The notes below the pieces were generated by a model. It had not been told where the DNA came from. It worked only from the letters and a program-made list of their open reading frames with translations, and made no database searches. A stretch of DNA of 64,000 nucleotides from Eledone cirrhosa (lineage: Eukaryota). The stretch covers positions 208,072,001-208,136,000 of the forward strand of contig OZ024743.1 in assembly GCA_964016885.1 (NCBI GenBank), written 5' to 3'. The translations under genes and the position numbers were made by a program. This document shows positions 37,856 to 51,782 of the stretch, piece after piece; the stretch's first letter is position 1; the number at the start of each line of letters is the position of its first letter.

Positions 37856-39850
37856 TAAATATTATATTAATCTACGGATTGCTCTAATATTTAATACACA
37901 CAATATTAAAAGTAGTTATTAGAGTAACATTATCATAATTTCATTATAAAAAGTCTTACCAATCTTTACTGATTTAACCAAATTCAATAAGGTCCATAGA
38001 ATAATGAGAGAAGCTCAAGAATTGCTGTTAAAACAGCGAAATGTCGTCAATAATGATGCCAGGTAAAAATTATCTCAAAGGACAGAAATCAGTAGCTAGA
38101 AGTGTGTTGACCCACAGAAGTGGTCCAGAGAAGTGATAGGAAGAACATGAATGAGAAAAGATCACAGACACACACACATCTTTAAAGTTTATTTTCTTTC
38201 TGCTTGAATCAAATATAAAGAAACTTTTTGTATTTATTTATAAATAAATCTTAGCAGCAGCAAGTGTTTTAAGGCCATTTTCCCAACAAAGGCAGAGGTT
38301 AGTCTTGCAGACCTCATAATAGATTTCATACTGATTACAGGGTCCTATTTATGGTAATGTTTTACATTGTACCAACTCTATAGTCCCTTCTCACATAATA
38401 TTCTGTAGTTATTAGAGTAACTTCACCACAATTTAATTTCAAAAAGTCTTTTAAATCTTTACTGATTCAACCATTTCAACTGAATAAGGTAATTTTCTTC
38501 TGTTTGAATCAGTGAAATATTGAGATAATTTCTACAACCTTAGATTTATAAACACATATTACTTAATCTTAGATCTAATATCAAGACCTGCACTCACTGC
38601 ATCCTGTAAAGTGGTTGATGTTAAGAAGGCCACCTAGTCATAGAAACTACCCCAAAAATGAAAGGTGTGAGATGTCAAGATATACTCTTCCATCATATGT
38701 AGAAAGTAACTGTGAATAAGAACTGATTTAGACTGTGACAACCCATCCAACCTCAACATTGATAACAAATGTGAATTGATGAAGTGCATACATATATACA
38801 CACACACTAAGAAAATCATTTTAAATAGATACATTACATCTAAAATTTGAATAAGCTGTGAAATAAGATAAACTAATAAAAATTCATAAAAGTTGACATA
38901 AAATTCTACGAAAGAAAGAGTCAGTGATATGGAAAATTTTAATGGGATTCATAAATGAATAGATCAGTGAGCCATTTTGAATGAAAGCAAAGATGTATAT
39001 TTATAAGAAAACATTTTAGTTAAAGCTGATGTTTAATATTACAGTGTGTTAGTAGTTATATAACATCTGTGTAAGAGCTGATGTTATTAACATTGGCTCT
39101 CCTCTCCATGACCTCTCATCCACTACCAGCTATGAGGGAGCTCTCCTTTCCATAACCTCTTGCCAGGTCTTTTCTAGTATGGCAAACGACCAGTCAACAC
39201 AGTCTTGTGTTATATTTTTAACGGTTTCTTGAGGTCATTCTTCATAGCTGTTCGCTTTAACCCTTTAACATCTAAACTAGTCAGAATTCCCTCACCTCTT
39301 TTTGTTCAAACCAGCTGTAACTGGCTGCTCACACTGGCATTAAGGTATTGTTCTCATAATAAATAATATCAAAATCTTGTAGATTATGTGAGGTAAAACT
39401 TTTACTGTGGAAATACAATAGTATATATATAGAATAATATAAACACCTAAACATAAAATCATCAATGTAATAAAATATTTTTAGAGCTTTTTCAGACAAC
39501 AAACAGATGGTGGAATTAAATTTAGTAAATAAAACTGAATTTGCATTCTTTGTATAGTGTGTCTATAACATCTAAATAATGATGGCAGTTTTATTGTAAC
39601 TTGTGAGATTTTACTATGTGAACAATGTACATATTGATATCTTACTTAGAAAAAAGGGGTAGATTTTGTAGAGGAAGGGTGTAAACTATGGAACTAAATC
39701 AATATATTTCTTGTATTCATTTTATCAATTGCAGAAGAATGAATGGCAACGTTGATCTAGTAGGAAGAAAAATTTCAAAAGACATAAGGTGAAGCAATCT
39801 ACTGAAACATCAGACTTGTTCATCACTCACTCTATATAATTATTACTTAC

Positions 39851-39975
39851 GGTATACTTGAAATCGTCCAATACCACCACAGAAGTCATTATTCACAAAA
39901 CATTTCACTGAGCATTTACTATTGTCAATTTTCATTGAATAATAGTACCAATGATTTCCACATAAACATTTAATT
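39851..39975 (-). CDS. WSC-domain protein, exon with C-terminal half of WSC domain 2
   Basis: ttttcttatttag|...|gtaagt; 125 nt, phase 2 to 1 (same size and phases as 53552-53676). IKCLCGNHWYYYSMKIDNSKCSVKCFVNNDFCGGIGRFQVY completes the 8 WSC cysteines. Confidence 0.92.
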
Positions 39976-41370
39976 CTAAATAAGAAAAGGAAGTAAAATA
40001 CAACAAGATATCTTCTTTCTTCAAATTATCACATGATTACAATAGTAAAAGATTAGTTCATTGTAAATACCTAAAGCATTGAATAAAATAACACGATAGG
40101 TTTGTCATAGAGCCTGTAGTAGTGGAGACTTCTGGTGTTCTTGGTCCCTGGATCACATCCCTGCTCATGTGGTAGGGTTGTGGTAGAGCCTGTAGCAGCG
40201 GAGACTTCTGGTGTTCTTGGTCCCTGGATCACATTCCTACTAACTGCTATTGGAGCAACTGTTCCAACATGTCTCCCTTGTTATCTGCTGGGACCATGAA
40301 GTGGAATGGTCCTTAAGTTTCATTTATTGTTGTGGCATGTGCTATAAATTTACTTAAGTTCATGTTCCAGAAGAAAAGCTAATAATAATAAAACAAAACC
40401 CTTAACATCTAAATGTTTAGAGGCAGCATCAAAGTTTGACTTTGGGAATTGCTTTCAAATTTTTTGTAATAAATATGAGAAAGTTCAATAATCTTTCATT
40501 TAACAATTTTTCTTGGCAAAATTTAATAGAAATTTACAAAATTTGTAATTCTTATGAAAAGTTCAGAACATGATTTTTTAAATCAAAATATATGCTCATT
40601 CCTTCAGCAAATATATTGGTATAAGACAAAATAAAAATTTGCTGAGCGCCTAAGGATTACATACTTATTTTAGCATTTATTTTTTAATTATTAAAAATGA
40701 AATAAGAGAGATTTTAATATAATTTTATTTATTTACTTTGACTTAGTCCATGCTTCACAAACACAACTAAAACAGATCTTTAGCATGCAGGAGATGGGAG
40801 GGAAATAAAAGACACACCAACACACCAGTAGGTTTTTGGCTTCTCAAGCATTAAAGCTTTAAGAAATATATGTAAAAGTAATTACATAAAAAAGTTAAAT
40901 TCCTGTAGATAAAGAAATGTTTTCAGTATTTGGACAGAAGCCTATAAATACAGACAGGCATTTTATGATTCTATGTTGATAATTTTTATCTAAAGATGAT
41001 CGTAAAAATTCACTTATTACTTTGATATATATTACTTAGTTAATATTTTATTGACTTCTAAAGAATGGTAAATTATGTCAAGCATAACAAAAGAAGTCAG
41101 CATCAATAATCCATTAAGCAATAGTAGATGAAACTTTAATCCTGTTTTGACAATACAGAACTGTTTTAAAGTGTTTGTATTTACATAAAAACCTTACACC
41201 ATAATTTTATGTAATAGGCAGTATGAAACTAAATTAATTAAACTGAACAAGAAAATAGTGTACACAGTTTGAAAAATAAAGCCCCTTATGACAAGGAAAA
41301 TAGTCTACACATTATGAAAAATAACTCCTAATGATATGACGTTTCTTTAATGGTTTAAAATCATTCTTAC

Positions 41371-41506
41371 CCTTTTTCTAGAGCAGCGTAAGCAAAACCA
41401 GATTGCCAACAGTGTAAGTTGCACATGTTCAAAGTCATATTCTTACTAATCAGAAGATTTCGAGTTATTCTTGTGTTAGAAACTTTATAACATCCAAGAT
41501 AAAAGC
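41371..41506 (-). CDS. WSC-domain protein, exon with N-terminal half of WSC domain 2
   Basis: ttatattttttcag|...|gtaaga; 136 nt, phase 1 to 2. (G)FYLGCYKVSNTRITRNLLISKNMTLNMCNLHCWQSGFAYAALEK(G) matches the WSC YxGCY...MT...CxxxC...YAAL motif. Confidence 0.92.
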
Positions 41507-42071
41507 CTGAAAAAATATAATTGAAGAAATCTAAGAATTAAATTCATTTATAGGGGAAATATCACTTTGTTTTACATTGGGGGGGTTCTGATAAATAGGT
41601 TAAATATATTTTAATTTTTTTTATTAAATCAAAGTAGCCACGGGGTGTACTAATTCTTAAACAGTGAGTAATAAATACAGATTTCATACAGATGAAAAAA
41701 AATATATTTAAAGTCTTTCTCGAACTCGAAGGCTCATCAGGCTGGTGCCTATCTTAGTTTCCATGGTGTGAAGCGACTAGGGTTAAACCCCCAACTGGTT
41801 CTCATTTTCAGCTAAGTATATTGGAGCAACATGAAATGAAGTGTTTTGCTCAAGAACACAATATACAACCCATTCCAGGAATCAAACCCACAACATTATG
41901 ATTGTAAGTTCAACACCCTTACCACTCAGACATGGACCTCCACACACATACACACATATTCCCACAGTAAACAATAACAATACATTATAACATTGACAGT
42001 TATTAAGGTACTTCAAGATTGTTTAGCTAGTAAGTTAATCTGAGATGTTACGTTGAAACTGGAACAACTCG

Positions 42072-43512
42072 GTTGTACATGTCTGGCAAGTGACTTGATC
42101 TGAGACTGTGTGTTGTACATGTCTGGCAAGTGACTTGATCTGAGACTGTGTGTTGTACATGTCTGGCAAGTGACTTGATCTGAGACTGTGTGTTGTACAT
42201 GTCTGGCAAGTGACTTGATCTGAGACTCTGTGTTGTACATGTGTGGCAAGTGACTTGATCTGAGACTGTGTGTTGTACATGTCTGGCAAGTGACTTGATC
42301 TGAGACTGTGTGTTGTACATGTGTGGCAAGTGACGTGATCTGAGACTGTTTGTTGTACATGTCTGGCAAGTGACGTGATCTGAGACTGTGTGTTGTACAT
42401 GTCTGGCAAGTGACGTGATCTGAGACTGTGTGTTGTACATGTCTGGCAAGTGACTTGATCTGAGACTGTGTGTTGTACATGTCTGGCAAGTGACTTGATC
42501 TGAGACTGTGTGTTGTACATGTCTGGCAAGTGACTTGATCTGAGACTGTGTGTTGTACATGTCTGGCAAGTGACTTGATCTGAGACTGTGTGTTGTACAT
42601 GTCTGGCAAGTGACGTGATCTGAGACTGTGTGTTGTACATGTGTGGCAAGTGACTTGATCTGAGACTGTGTGTTGTACATGTCTGGCAAGTGACTTGATC
42701 TGAGACTGTGTGTTGTACATGTGTGGCAAGTGACTTGATCTGAGACTGTGTGTTGTACATGTCTGGCAAGTGACTTGATCTGAGACTGTGTGTTGTACAT
42801 GTGTAGCAAGTGACTTGATCTGAGACTGTGTGTTGTACATGTCTGGCAAGTGACTTGATCTGAGACTGTGTGTTGTACATGTCTGGCAAGTGACTTGATC
42901 TGAGACTGTGTGTTGTACATGTCTGGCAAGTGACTTGATCTGAGACTGTGTGTTGTACATGTGTGGCAAGTGACTTGATCTGAGACTGTGTGTTGTACAT
43001 GTCTGGCAAGTGACTTGATCTGAGACTGTGTGTTGTACATGTCTGGCAAGTGACTTGATCTGAGACTGTGTGTTGTACATGTGTAGCAAGTGACTTGATC
43101 TGAAACTGTGTGTTGTACATGTCTGGCAAGTGACGTGATCTGAGACTGTGTGTTGTACATGTCTGGCAAGTGACTTGATCTGAGACTGTGTGTTGTACAT
43201 GTCTGGCAAGTGACTTGATCTGAGACTGTGTGTTGTACATGTCTGGCAAGTGACTTGATCTGAGACTGTGTGTTGTACATGTCTGGCAAGTGACTTGATC
43301 TGAGACTGTGTGTTGTACATGTCTGGCAAGTGACTTGATCTGAGACTGTGTGTTGTACATGTCTGGCAAGTGACTTGATCTGTGACTGTGCGTTGTACAT
43401 GTGTGGCAAGTGACTTGATCTGAGACTGTGTGTTGTACATGTGTGGCAAGTGACTTGATCTGTGACTGTGTGTTGTACATGTGTGGCAAGTGACTTGATC
43501 TGTGACTGTGTT
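42072..43512. repeat. 40-bp satellite, ~36 near-identical copies
   Basis: Unit gttgtacatgtctggcaagtgacttgatctgagactgtgt; no spacers. Confidence 0.97.
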
Positions 43513-44849
43513 GAAACAAAAACATTTGCTGCATGGATGAATCATTTTAGCCATTTAAAAACACACAAGAAATATATGATAAATATGAAGTTAACGGGTT
43601 GTGTGTGTTTTAAATGGCTGAAATGACTCTTCCATGCACTAATTGTTATAATAGCTTTTAACATATATCTATGCTCTGATTCTGACATAATTCCACAGTA
43701 TCTGAGATTTCATGGAATAGTGTAGGTGACCAGATCATAGATTTACAGCTTTTGACACTTTATAGTACATAAAACTATTACAAAATACAACAAAAGTAAA
43801 TATATCAGTAAGTGTGTGTTTTAAATACAGTATTATTTTGTCATATAAGACATACAAACCTCTGTATAGGACACAGATTTTAGCATAAATTTTGGGATGA
43901 AATAGTGTCTTATATAGAAACAAATATAGTAACTCATTTGTCTGTTAGACAGAGAAGACAACTGCAAACCTTAAGACTTGATAGTTTTAAGATGATCTGT
44001 AGCAGTGAAGTAAATATAGTTAACATTATAACAAGGGTGTATATGAAAATATATACAAAATGTTTATGTACAATAGACACTTGAGAGCCTCACTATCAAA
44101 AAATAATATTCTTTCTTTGATAGTGAGGCTCTCATGTTTATTGTACATAAATATACATATCATATATACTTTCATATATAGCCCTATTATGCACAACGCT
44201 ACCTTAGTGCTACTGCCAGTTAACATAATAGTCTGAATTGGTGTAAGTTATAGTTTCATTGAAGTGTATGGAATAAAAGATAAAACACTGTCCTACTTCT
44301 GAAGCAAAGTATAGGTGTCACTGTTGAAAAGTGACAGCAGTAAGAGTTAGTCTTATGTAGGGATGTCATATAGATATCAAGTAATGAAGAATATCAGACC
44401 TTTTAGAAGGTCAAATAGGCAGACATAACACAAGTGTGGAGCCTCAAGTCAGACTTAATCAAGAAGACATTTGATCAAAAGAATTTCTGAGAGATACAAT
44501 AAGGAATGAGAAGGAGAAGAGAGCTATGTAGGAGGTGACATAAGATGAGCTAGATCTAAGAAGCAGAGATCACTATAGAAGGTGCCACAGTAGGAGGTGA
44601 CATGAGATGAGCTAGATCTAAGAAACAGAGGTTACTATAGGAGTGGTAGAAAAGAGAGACAAGTGTGTTGTGAGCAACTGAGTTGGAAATGACATGAAAC
44701 CAACCAGTTCTGAGAAATAGTGGAAGCTACTGAAATAGTTATAAAGATTTAAAACAACATGTACTGGTTGAAAGGATGGAAATAATGTTGGTGACTTCGT
44801 GTTCTTAATCAGTGGAGTGGGAGAGTCCTTTTTATTGATACAATCTAGA

Positions 44850-46225
44850 ATGTCTATGTGTAGTAACAACAGACATCCCAGAAGTGGGAGCAGTACTCCA
44901 TGTCTGTGTAGGAACAACAGACATCCCAGATGTGAGAGCACTACTCCATGTCTGTGTAGCAACAACAGACATCCCAGATGTGAGAGCACTACTCAATGTC
45001 TGTGTAGCACCAACAGACATCCCAGATATGAGAGTAGTACTCCATGTCTGTGTAGCAACAACAGATATCCCAGATGTGAGAGCAGTACTCAATGTCTGTG
45101 TAGCACCAACAGACATCCCAGATATGAGAGTAGTACTCCATGTCTGTGTAGCAACAACAGATATCCCAGATGTGAGAGCAGTACTCAATGTCTGTGTAGC
45201 ACCAACAGACATCCCAGATATGAGAGTAGTACTCCATGTCTGTGTAGCAATAACAGACATCCCAGATGTGAGAGCAGTACTCAATGTCTGTGTAGGAACA
45301 CCAGACATCCCAGATGTGAGAGTAGTACTCCATACCTGTGTAGGAACAACAGACATCCCAGATATGAGAGCAGTACTCCATGTCTGTGTAGCAACAACAG
45401 ACATCCCAGATGTGAGAGCAGTACTCCATGTCTGTGTAGGAACAACAGACATCCCAGATGTGAGAGTAGTACTCCATGTCTGTGTAGCACCAACAGACAT
45501 CCCAGATGTGAGAGTAGTACTCCATGTCTGTGTAGCAACAACAGACATCCCAGATATGAGAGTAGTACTCCATGTCTGTGTAGGAACAACAGACATCCCA
45601 GATGTGGGAGTAGTACTCCATGCCTGTGTAGGAACAACAGACATCCCAGATGTGAGAGTAGTACTCCATGTCTATGTAGGAACAACAGATATCCCAGATA
45701 TGAGAGTAGTACTCCATGTCTGTGTAGGAACAACAGACATCCCAGATGTGAGAGTAGTACTCCATGTCTGTGTAGCACCAACAGACATCCCAGATGTGAG
45801 AGTAGTACTCCATGTCTGTGTAGGAACAACAGACATCCCAGATGTGGGAGTAGTACTCCATGTCTGTGTAGGAACAACAGACATCCCAGATGTGGGAGTA
45901 GTACTCCATGCCTGTGTAGGAACAACAGACATCCCAGATGTGGGAGTAGTACTCCATGCCTGTGTAGGAACAACAGACATCCCAGATGTGGGAGTAGTAC
46001 TCCATGCCTGTGTAGGAACAACAGACATCCCAGATGTGGGAGTAGTACTCCATGCTTGTGTAGGAACAACAGACATCCCAGATGTGGGAGCAGTACTCCA
46101 TGTCTGTGTAGGAACAACAGACATCCCAGATGTGAGAGTAGTACTCCATGTCTGTGTAGGAACAACAGAGGGAGTAGTAGTCCATGTCTGTATAGCAACA
46201 CCATCCCAGATGTGGGAGTAGTACT
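44850..46225. repeat. 39-bp satellite, ~35 copies
   Basis: Unit tccatgtctgtgtaggaacaacagacatcccagatgtgagagtagtac-type with variant positions. Confidence 0.96.
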
Positions 46226-46479
46226 TACTTCATTGTCAGTATTACCTGAGCTATGTTGAGGGTCTATGTTCTCCAGGAGTAAGCCTCAGTGATGGTCAGG
46301 CCTAACATTTGCAGTGTTCTAGTGGTCAGGTGGTTTAGGTGTGGTGGGGCAGTGTTTATATTTAGGAATGGTGGGTGGTGTATATATTTAGTAGAGGTGA
46401 GGTGGTGTTTATATTTAGGAGAGGTAGGGTGGTTTTTGTATTTAGAAGTGGTTGAGTGGTGTTTGTATTTAATAATGGT

Positions 46480-49400
46480 GATAAGATAATAGACGTAAAT
46501 AGAGTGAACGACAGAATAATTAAAATAAGTCTTGTCCTCAATAGAACTACGGTGACAGTAATATCTGCGTGTGCACCCCAATCCGGACTGCCTGGCGCTA
46601 TAAAAGACAGATTCTATGAGCCACTGATGCTCACTACCTCCCAAATAACCGACAGTGACTATATAATTATTGCAGGCGACCTAAATGGTCACGTTGGACA
46701 ACATTGTGACGGCTATGATGGAATCCATGGAGGCTATGGGTTTGGTACTAGAAATGAGGAAGGCTCCAGAATCCTGGAATTCTGTGACGCAAATAACCTA
46801 ACTATCTGTAACACTAACTTCAAAAAACGAGACAATCACCTGATCACCTATAGATCGGGGGAACACACAAGCCAGGTAGATTATATCCTTACCAGAAGAC
46901 GTGACAGAGTGTCTGTTGTAAACACTAAATCCCTTCCCCATGAAGAATGCACGTCTCAACATAGACTCATAGTCAGGACGAGACGTATTCGACAACAGAA
47001 GAGGACTATCCTCAGGAGAAAAATATGGAAATTAAAGGACCCCACAGCCAGTCATAAATTTAAAAGCATATTACTTGATGCTTTTGATAGTAAGGAAGAG
47101 CAATTAGAGTCGTACAATATAGAGGAACAGTGGGAATTCCTGAAAGCTAACCTGCTGAAGGCGACAGATGAAACCTGTGGCTGGAGCAGGCCTATAGGCA
47201 GGAGGAGAGTAACTTGGTGGTGGAACAGTAAGGTGGAGAGGTCAATCAAGGCCAAAAAGCAGGCTTGGAAAGTATGGCGGGATGGGGGAAGTAGAGAAGA
47301 CTATCAAGTGGCCAGGAGGGAAGCTAGGAGACAAGTGTACTTCGCAAGAAGGGAAGCAGAGGAAAGAAAGTTCAAGCATGTTCTACAACGCGAGGACCAA
47401 AAACGTGAGGTGTTCAGGATTGCTAGGCAATGTGTCAAGGAAAACAGTGATATTGTCGGGGAGAAGTGTGTCCTAAATGATGATGGTGTACTTGCCATCA
47501 CTGACGCTGATAAGAAGGTAGCTTGGAAGTGTCACTACGAAAGGCTACTAAATGAGGAGAATAATTGGGAGAAAGACAGTCTCCCCCACATCGACCCAAT
47601 AGAGGGACCAGCAGTGCAAGTTGAAGGTAGTATAATAAGTAAGGTGATCAAAGACATGAAGACGGGCAAGGCGGCCGGGCCTTCGGAAATAGTTGCCGAA
47701 ATGCTGAAAGCATCTGGAACGGTGGGACACACTATGGTCACCCGGATAGTAATCAAGTCATACAGAATGGGGTCGTTCCGAAGGACTGGCGCAGCAGCAT
47801 CATCATTAACTGCTACAAGGGTAAACGTGATGCCCTAGATAGGGGAAACTATAGAGGCATTAAATTAATTGACCAGGTCATGAAGGTCACAGAAAAGTAA
47901 TAGCGCAACTAATCAGAGAGCGAATTGATCTAGACGAAATGCAGTTCGGGTTTGCGTCAGGTAAAAGTACCACAGACGCTCTTTTCATTGTACGACAACT
48001 ACAGGAGAAGTACCTAGCTAAAAGTAAACCCCTATACTTAGCTTTTGTTGACTTGGAGAAAGCCTTTGACAGAGTACCCCGCTCGATTATCTGGTGGGCC
48101 CTTAGAAAACTAGGTGTTGAGAATGGCTTATGAGAGCTATACAAGCCATGTATAAAGAAACAGCCAGCAAGGTTAGAATTAACAATGAATATAGTGAAGA
48201 GTTTAGCGTAAAAGTTGGTGTTCATCAGGGCTCCGTCCTTAGCCCCCTACTATTTATTATTGCCCTTCAGGCTATAACAGAGGAGTTCAAGAGGAGTTCA
48301 AGGAGGCTGCCCATGGGAACTCCTATATGCAGATGATCTAACGCTCCTAGCTGAATTAATGGCTGAACTAGAGAAGAAATTCCAAACATGGAAGCATGGC
48401 CTAGAATCAAAAGGCCTTAAAGTTAACTTGTCTAAGACTAAAGTTCTAGTTTGTAGGAAGGAAAATAGGGCACCGGTCCCATCTGGGAAATGGCCATGCT
48501 CAGTGTGTAGGAAAGGCGTAGGTAGAAACTCCATTTTATGTCCCAAATGCAAAGTATGGGCACATAAAAGATGTAGTGGGATCACAGGTAAACTATCTAA
48601 GAATATAGATTTTATATGTGGCCGGTGCTCTGGTGCAATAAGTAGCAGCAAGTGCCCACAGAATACTAACTCATTCCATTTCACAGATGGTTCTATAGAA
48701 ATAGTGGACAGCTTCCGTTACCTGGGTGATAAAATCAGCAGTGGGGGAGGGTGCTCTGAAAGTACAGTAGCTAGGGTCAGAACGGGATGGAAAAAGTTCA
48801 GAGAGCTTATACCACTATTGGCCGCTAAAGGGTTCTCTCTAAAAATGAAAGGCAGGCTGTATGATGCCTGCATACGAACAGCAATGTTACATGGCAGTGA
48901 GACCTGGGCATTGTGTGCAGAGGATATACGCAGACTGGAGAGAAACGAAGCTTGCATGCTCCACTGGATGTGTAATATACGTGAACGGCAAAGCATAAAC
49001 GTACTAAGGGAGAAATTAGAAATAAGAGGGATCAGATGTTGTTTACTCGAGAGAAGACTACGTTGGTATGGTCACGTGATGCGCATGAAAGACGACAGCT
49101 GTATAAAAAAGTGCAGGGCAATAAAAATAGATGGTAGCCACGGAGTAGGCAGACCCAGAAAAACCTGGAACGACTTGATAAATTCCAACCTCACACACTT
49201 ACACCTCTCCAAGACAATGTCACTGGACCGAGGGCTTTGGCGCTACACAGTAATAGAGAAGACCCGCCTTACCTAAGTACAAAGTGAAACCTACTACAGT
49301 CAGTAGGCACCTCTAACAAAATACACCCCGTCCCACTACCCCCACTCCATCCACACCACCCCTTCAATGTAAAGTTATGTTGGTGTCACAACATCCAGCC

Positions 49401-49662
49401 CGAAACAAATGAGGTCGTGTAGGTGTCACGGCAAAAAAACACACAGTCCACGCTGTAATGTGGCCGTGTAGGCAACACGGTAAAAACCTCCCAGTTCACA
49501 CTGTAAATGTGGTTGGTGTTAGGAAGGGCATCCAGCTGTAGAAAACCCGCCAGACAGTCCTATGCGAGCAAGACAACCACTCTTGCCTCAAGTGGGAAAA
49601 TCTCCGTCCAAACCCATGCAAGCGTGGAATATGGACGTTAAACGATGATGATGATGATGATG
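46480..49662 (+). mobile_element. RTE family A copy, 5'-truncated in APE, frameshifted, inserted in a ~30-bp minisatellite
   Basis: APE-RT fragments in successive frames; (GAT)n tail; candidate TSD aatggtg at 46474-46480 and 49663-49669; the same minisatellite lies on both flanks. Confidence 0.95.
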
Positions 49663-51311
49663 AATGGTGGTGTTTATATTTAGGAATGGTGGGGTGGTGT
49701 TTATATTTAGTAGTGGTGGGGTGGTGTATATATTTAGGAATGGTGGGGTGGTGTTATATTTAGGAGAGGTAGGGTAGTTTTTGTATTTAGAAGTAGTGGG
49801 GTGGTGTTTGTATTTAGGAATGGTGGTGTTTATATTGTGTAGTGGTGTGGTGCAATAATATTTGTTTGATTCTGTTTCTGCTGTTGAATGAGACAAAATA
49901 GGTGTGATCCCATTGGATGATGTTTCTGAGAGGTTTGTACACACAGAGAGACTGTGAAAGTTTGACATAAGATGTCTTGATTGTATCTAGATGACACCAA
50001 TGTGCAGAAAGTTAAGAAGGAATGCATATAACTCATCTGCATACATGTAAGATGGGTGTGGGGAGTTGTGAGTTCAATTCCAGGGCTGGACAGTGTGTTA
50101 TGTCCTTGAGCAAGACACTTTATTTCATATTGCTCCTTCTTCCAGGAGTTGCAACGATTATATAGTATTAGAAATTGGAAAAAAACAATGGAAACATTGT
50201 TTCATTGGTCTGATCCAACAAGTTCCACCCCACTCAGTAAAAAAACAAGGTCTGGGTTCTTGTTGATAGTTTTAAAAAAACATGATGAAAAATATATTGA
50301 TTTATTTTGTTCCATAGAACAACTTTATATGAAAGATAAAGAAATATTGTCCTAATATAGCCAAAAAGTTTTAAACCCTCCCCAAATATAACAATATCTG
50401 TTTCAACACATGATTTCATATTAAAAAAAACTTGCAAAACAAATACATCACCAATAAAGAAATAATATTTGTAAAAAAAAAAGCAGAAAAGAAATACTAA
50501 AAATCTAGAGAAGTAATAAGAAATAAAAACTATTAAGCAGATGTAAACCTAAATGAAGATGTTCTCTTTTATGTGTATATTAAATAGTTTTTCTCCCATA
50601 ACTAATTCACTGTGAAGAATATTTTACTAATAGTAAACACAAGAGATTAGTTTCTCATTAAGCAAGCTTATTATCTTGTTCAGGTGATGAACTCATATAT
50701 GCCATTATAGCTAGAATACTAGCAGAGATAGACTAGGATTTCTTAACTTATTCCTCCTCTCCCAAATAATGTTGGCTTCACTTATCTTGCTAGTATCAAT
50801 GAGGTAGAACCACAAGTGTCATAAAAGCTATTCTAATGATCCAATAATTCAGACATTCTGCCCCCACTGACAGAGACTTGGCACCTGATTGTCTGCTAAC
50901 ACAAGTAGATATCCAGGCTTTAAACATATTCTTCTGTGAGTGGAATGGTAAGACACTCCATGATGGAACCCTACTGCTGCCCTTCCAAGCTGATATTTTT
51001 CTCCTTTCCTTTCTTTTTTTTTTAACCAAAAGATTTAAAACTTTTTCAAATATTGAAAAAATTCTCTAAACTGAAGTAGATTTTATATTTAGACATTAAT
51101 AAAAAAATAAATTGACTTCAAGACTGTATATGTTTTGGGTTTTTTTATTTTTCAGTTTTTAAATTTACATAATTATCACCACCATCACCATAACCACAAT
51201 CATCACCACCACCACCACCTGAGTACATTGGGCATTTTACTGTAGCCCCAGCATTAGGGGAGGCCATCATATCTTTGTACAAATATTGTGAGGTACACTT
51301 TACTTAATAAC

Positions 51312-51703
51312 TACTCTCCGGTCTCCAATAATCGTCCTCCAAACCACTTATTCATTTTTCAGATCCCCCCTCACACACGCACTCTTATTTCATCCCACCT
51401 CACTGCCACACTTATTAAAATCTACAAATCTATTGCCAACAAAATTTTATTTTAAGTGGTAATATTCCTGTGACAATAGATTTTCTTTATACAGTAAAAA
51501 ACATTAAACATGACAAAAAAAAAGTACATTACAAGAAATCCCATATGTTATAAAATAAATAGGATGGGTTGGAGTCTCAATATGTAAACTAAACAACTAA
51601 TTCTGGTTTTTTAAAAATTCAATGGAGACAACCTAATTACTGATTTTCTAATCCCCCTCCCCCATCTTATTCCATCAATCCCTATTATTTGGGACCCGAG
51701 AGT
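51312..51703. mobile_element. Possible MITE
   Basis: Imperfect TIRs tactctccggtctccaataat / attattttgggacccgagagta. Confidence 0.4.
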
Positions 51704-51746
51704 AGACATTATACATCCTATCGAAATACAATAATATTTCACTTAC

Positions 51747-51782
51747 CAAAGGTTGTAAACCTTCCTGGGTAAACACCGGCAC
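51747..51782 (-). CDS. WSC-domain protein, 36-nt linker exon
   Basis: ggtaattctag|...|gtaagt; phase 1-1; (S)AGVYPGRFTTF(G); joins the flanking WSC exons in frame. Confidence 0.75.

Noticed and set aside
42013-43554. Three 450-510 aa ORFs / possible CRISPR array
   Set aside because: A 40-bp tandem unit lacking stops on one strand produces all three ORFs. There are no unique spacers and no cas genes.
44799-46259. Cys-rich 486-aa and other long ORFs
   Set aside because: Translations of the 39-bp satellite in several frames; no start or splice context.
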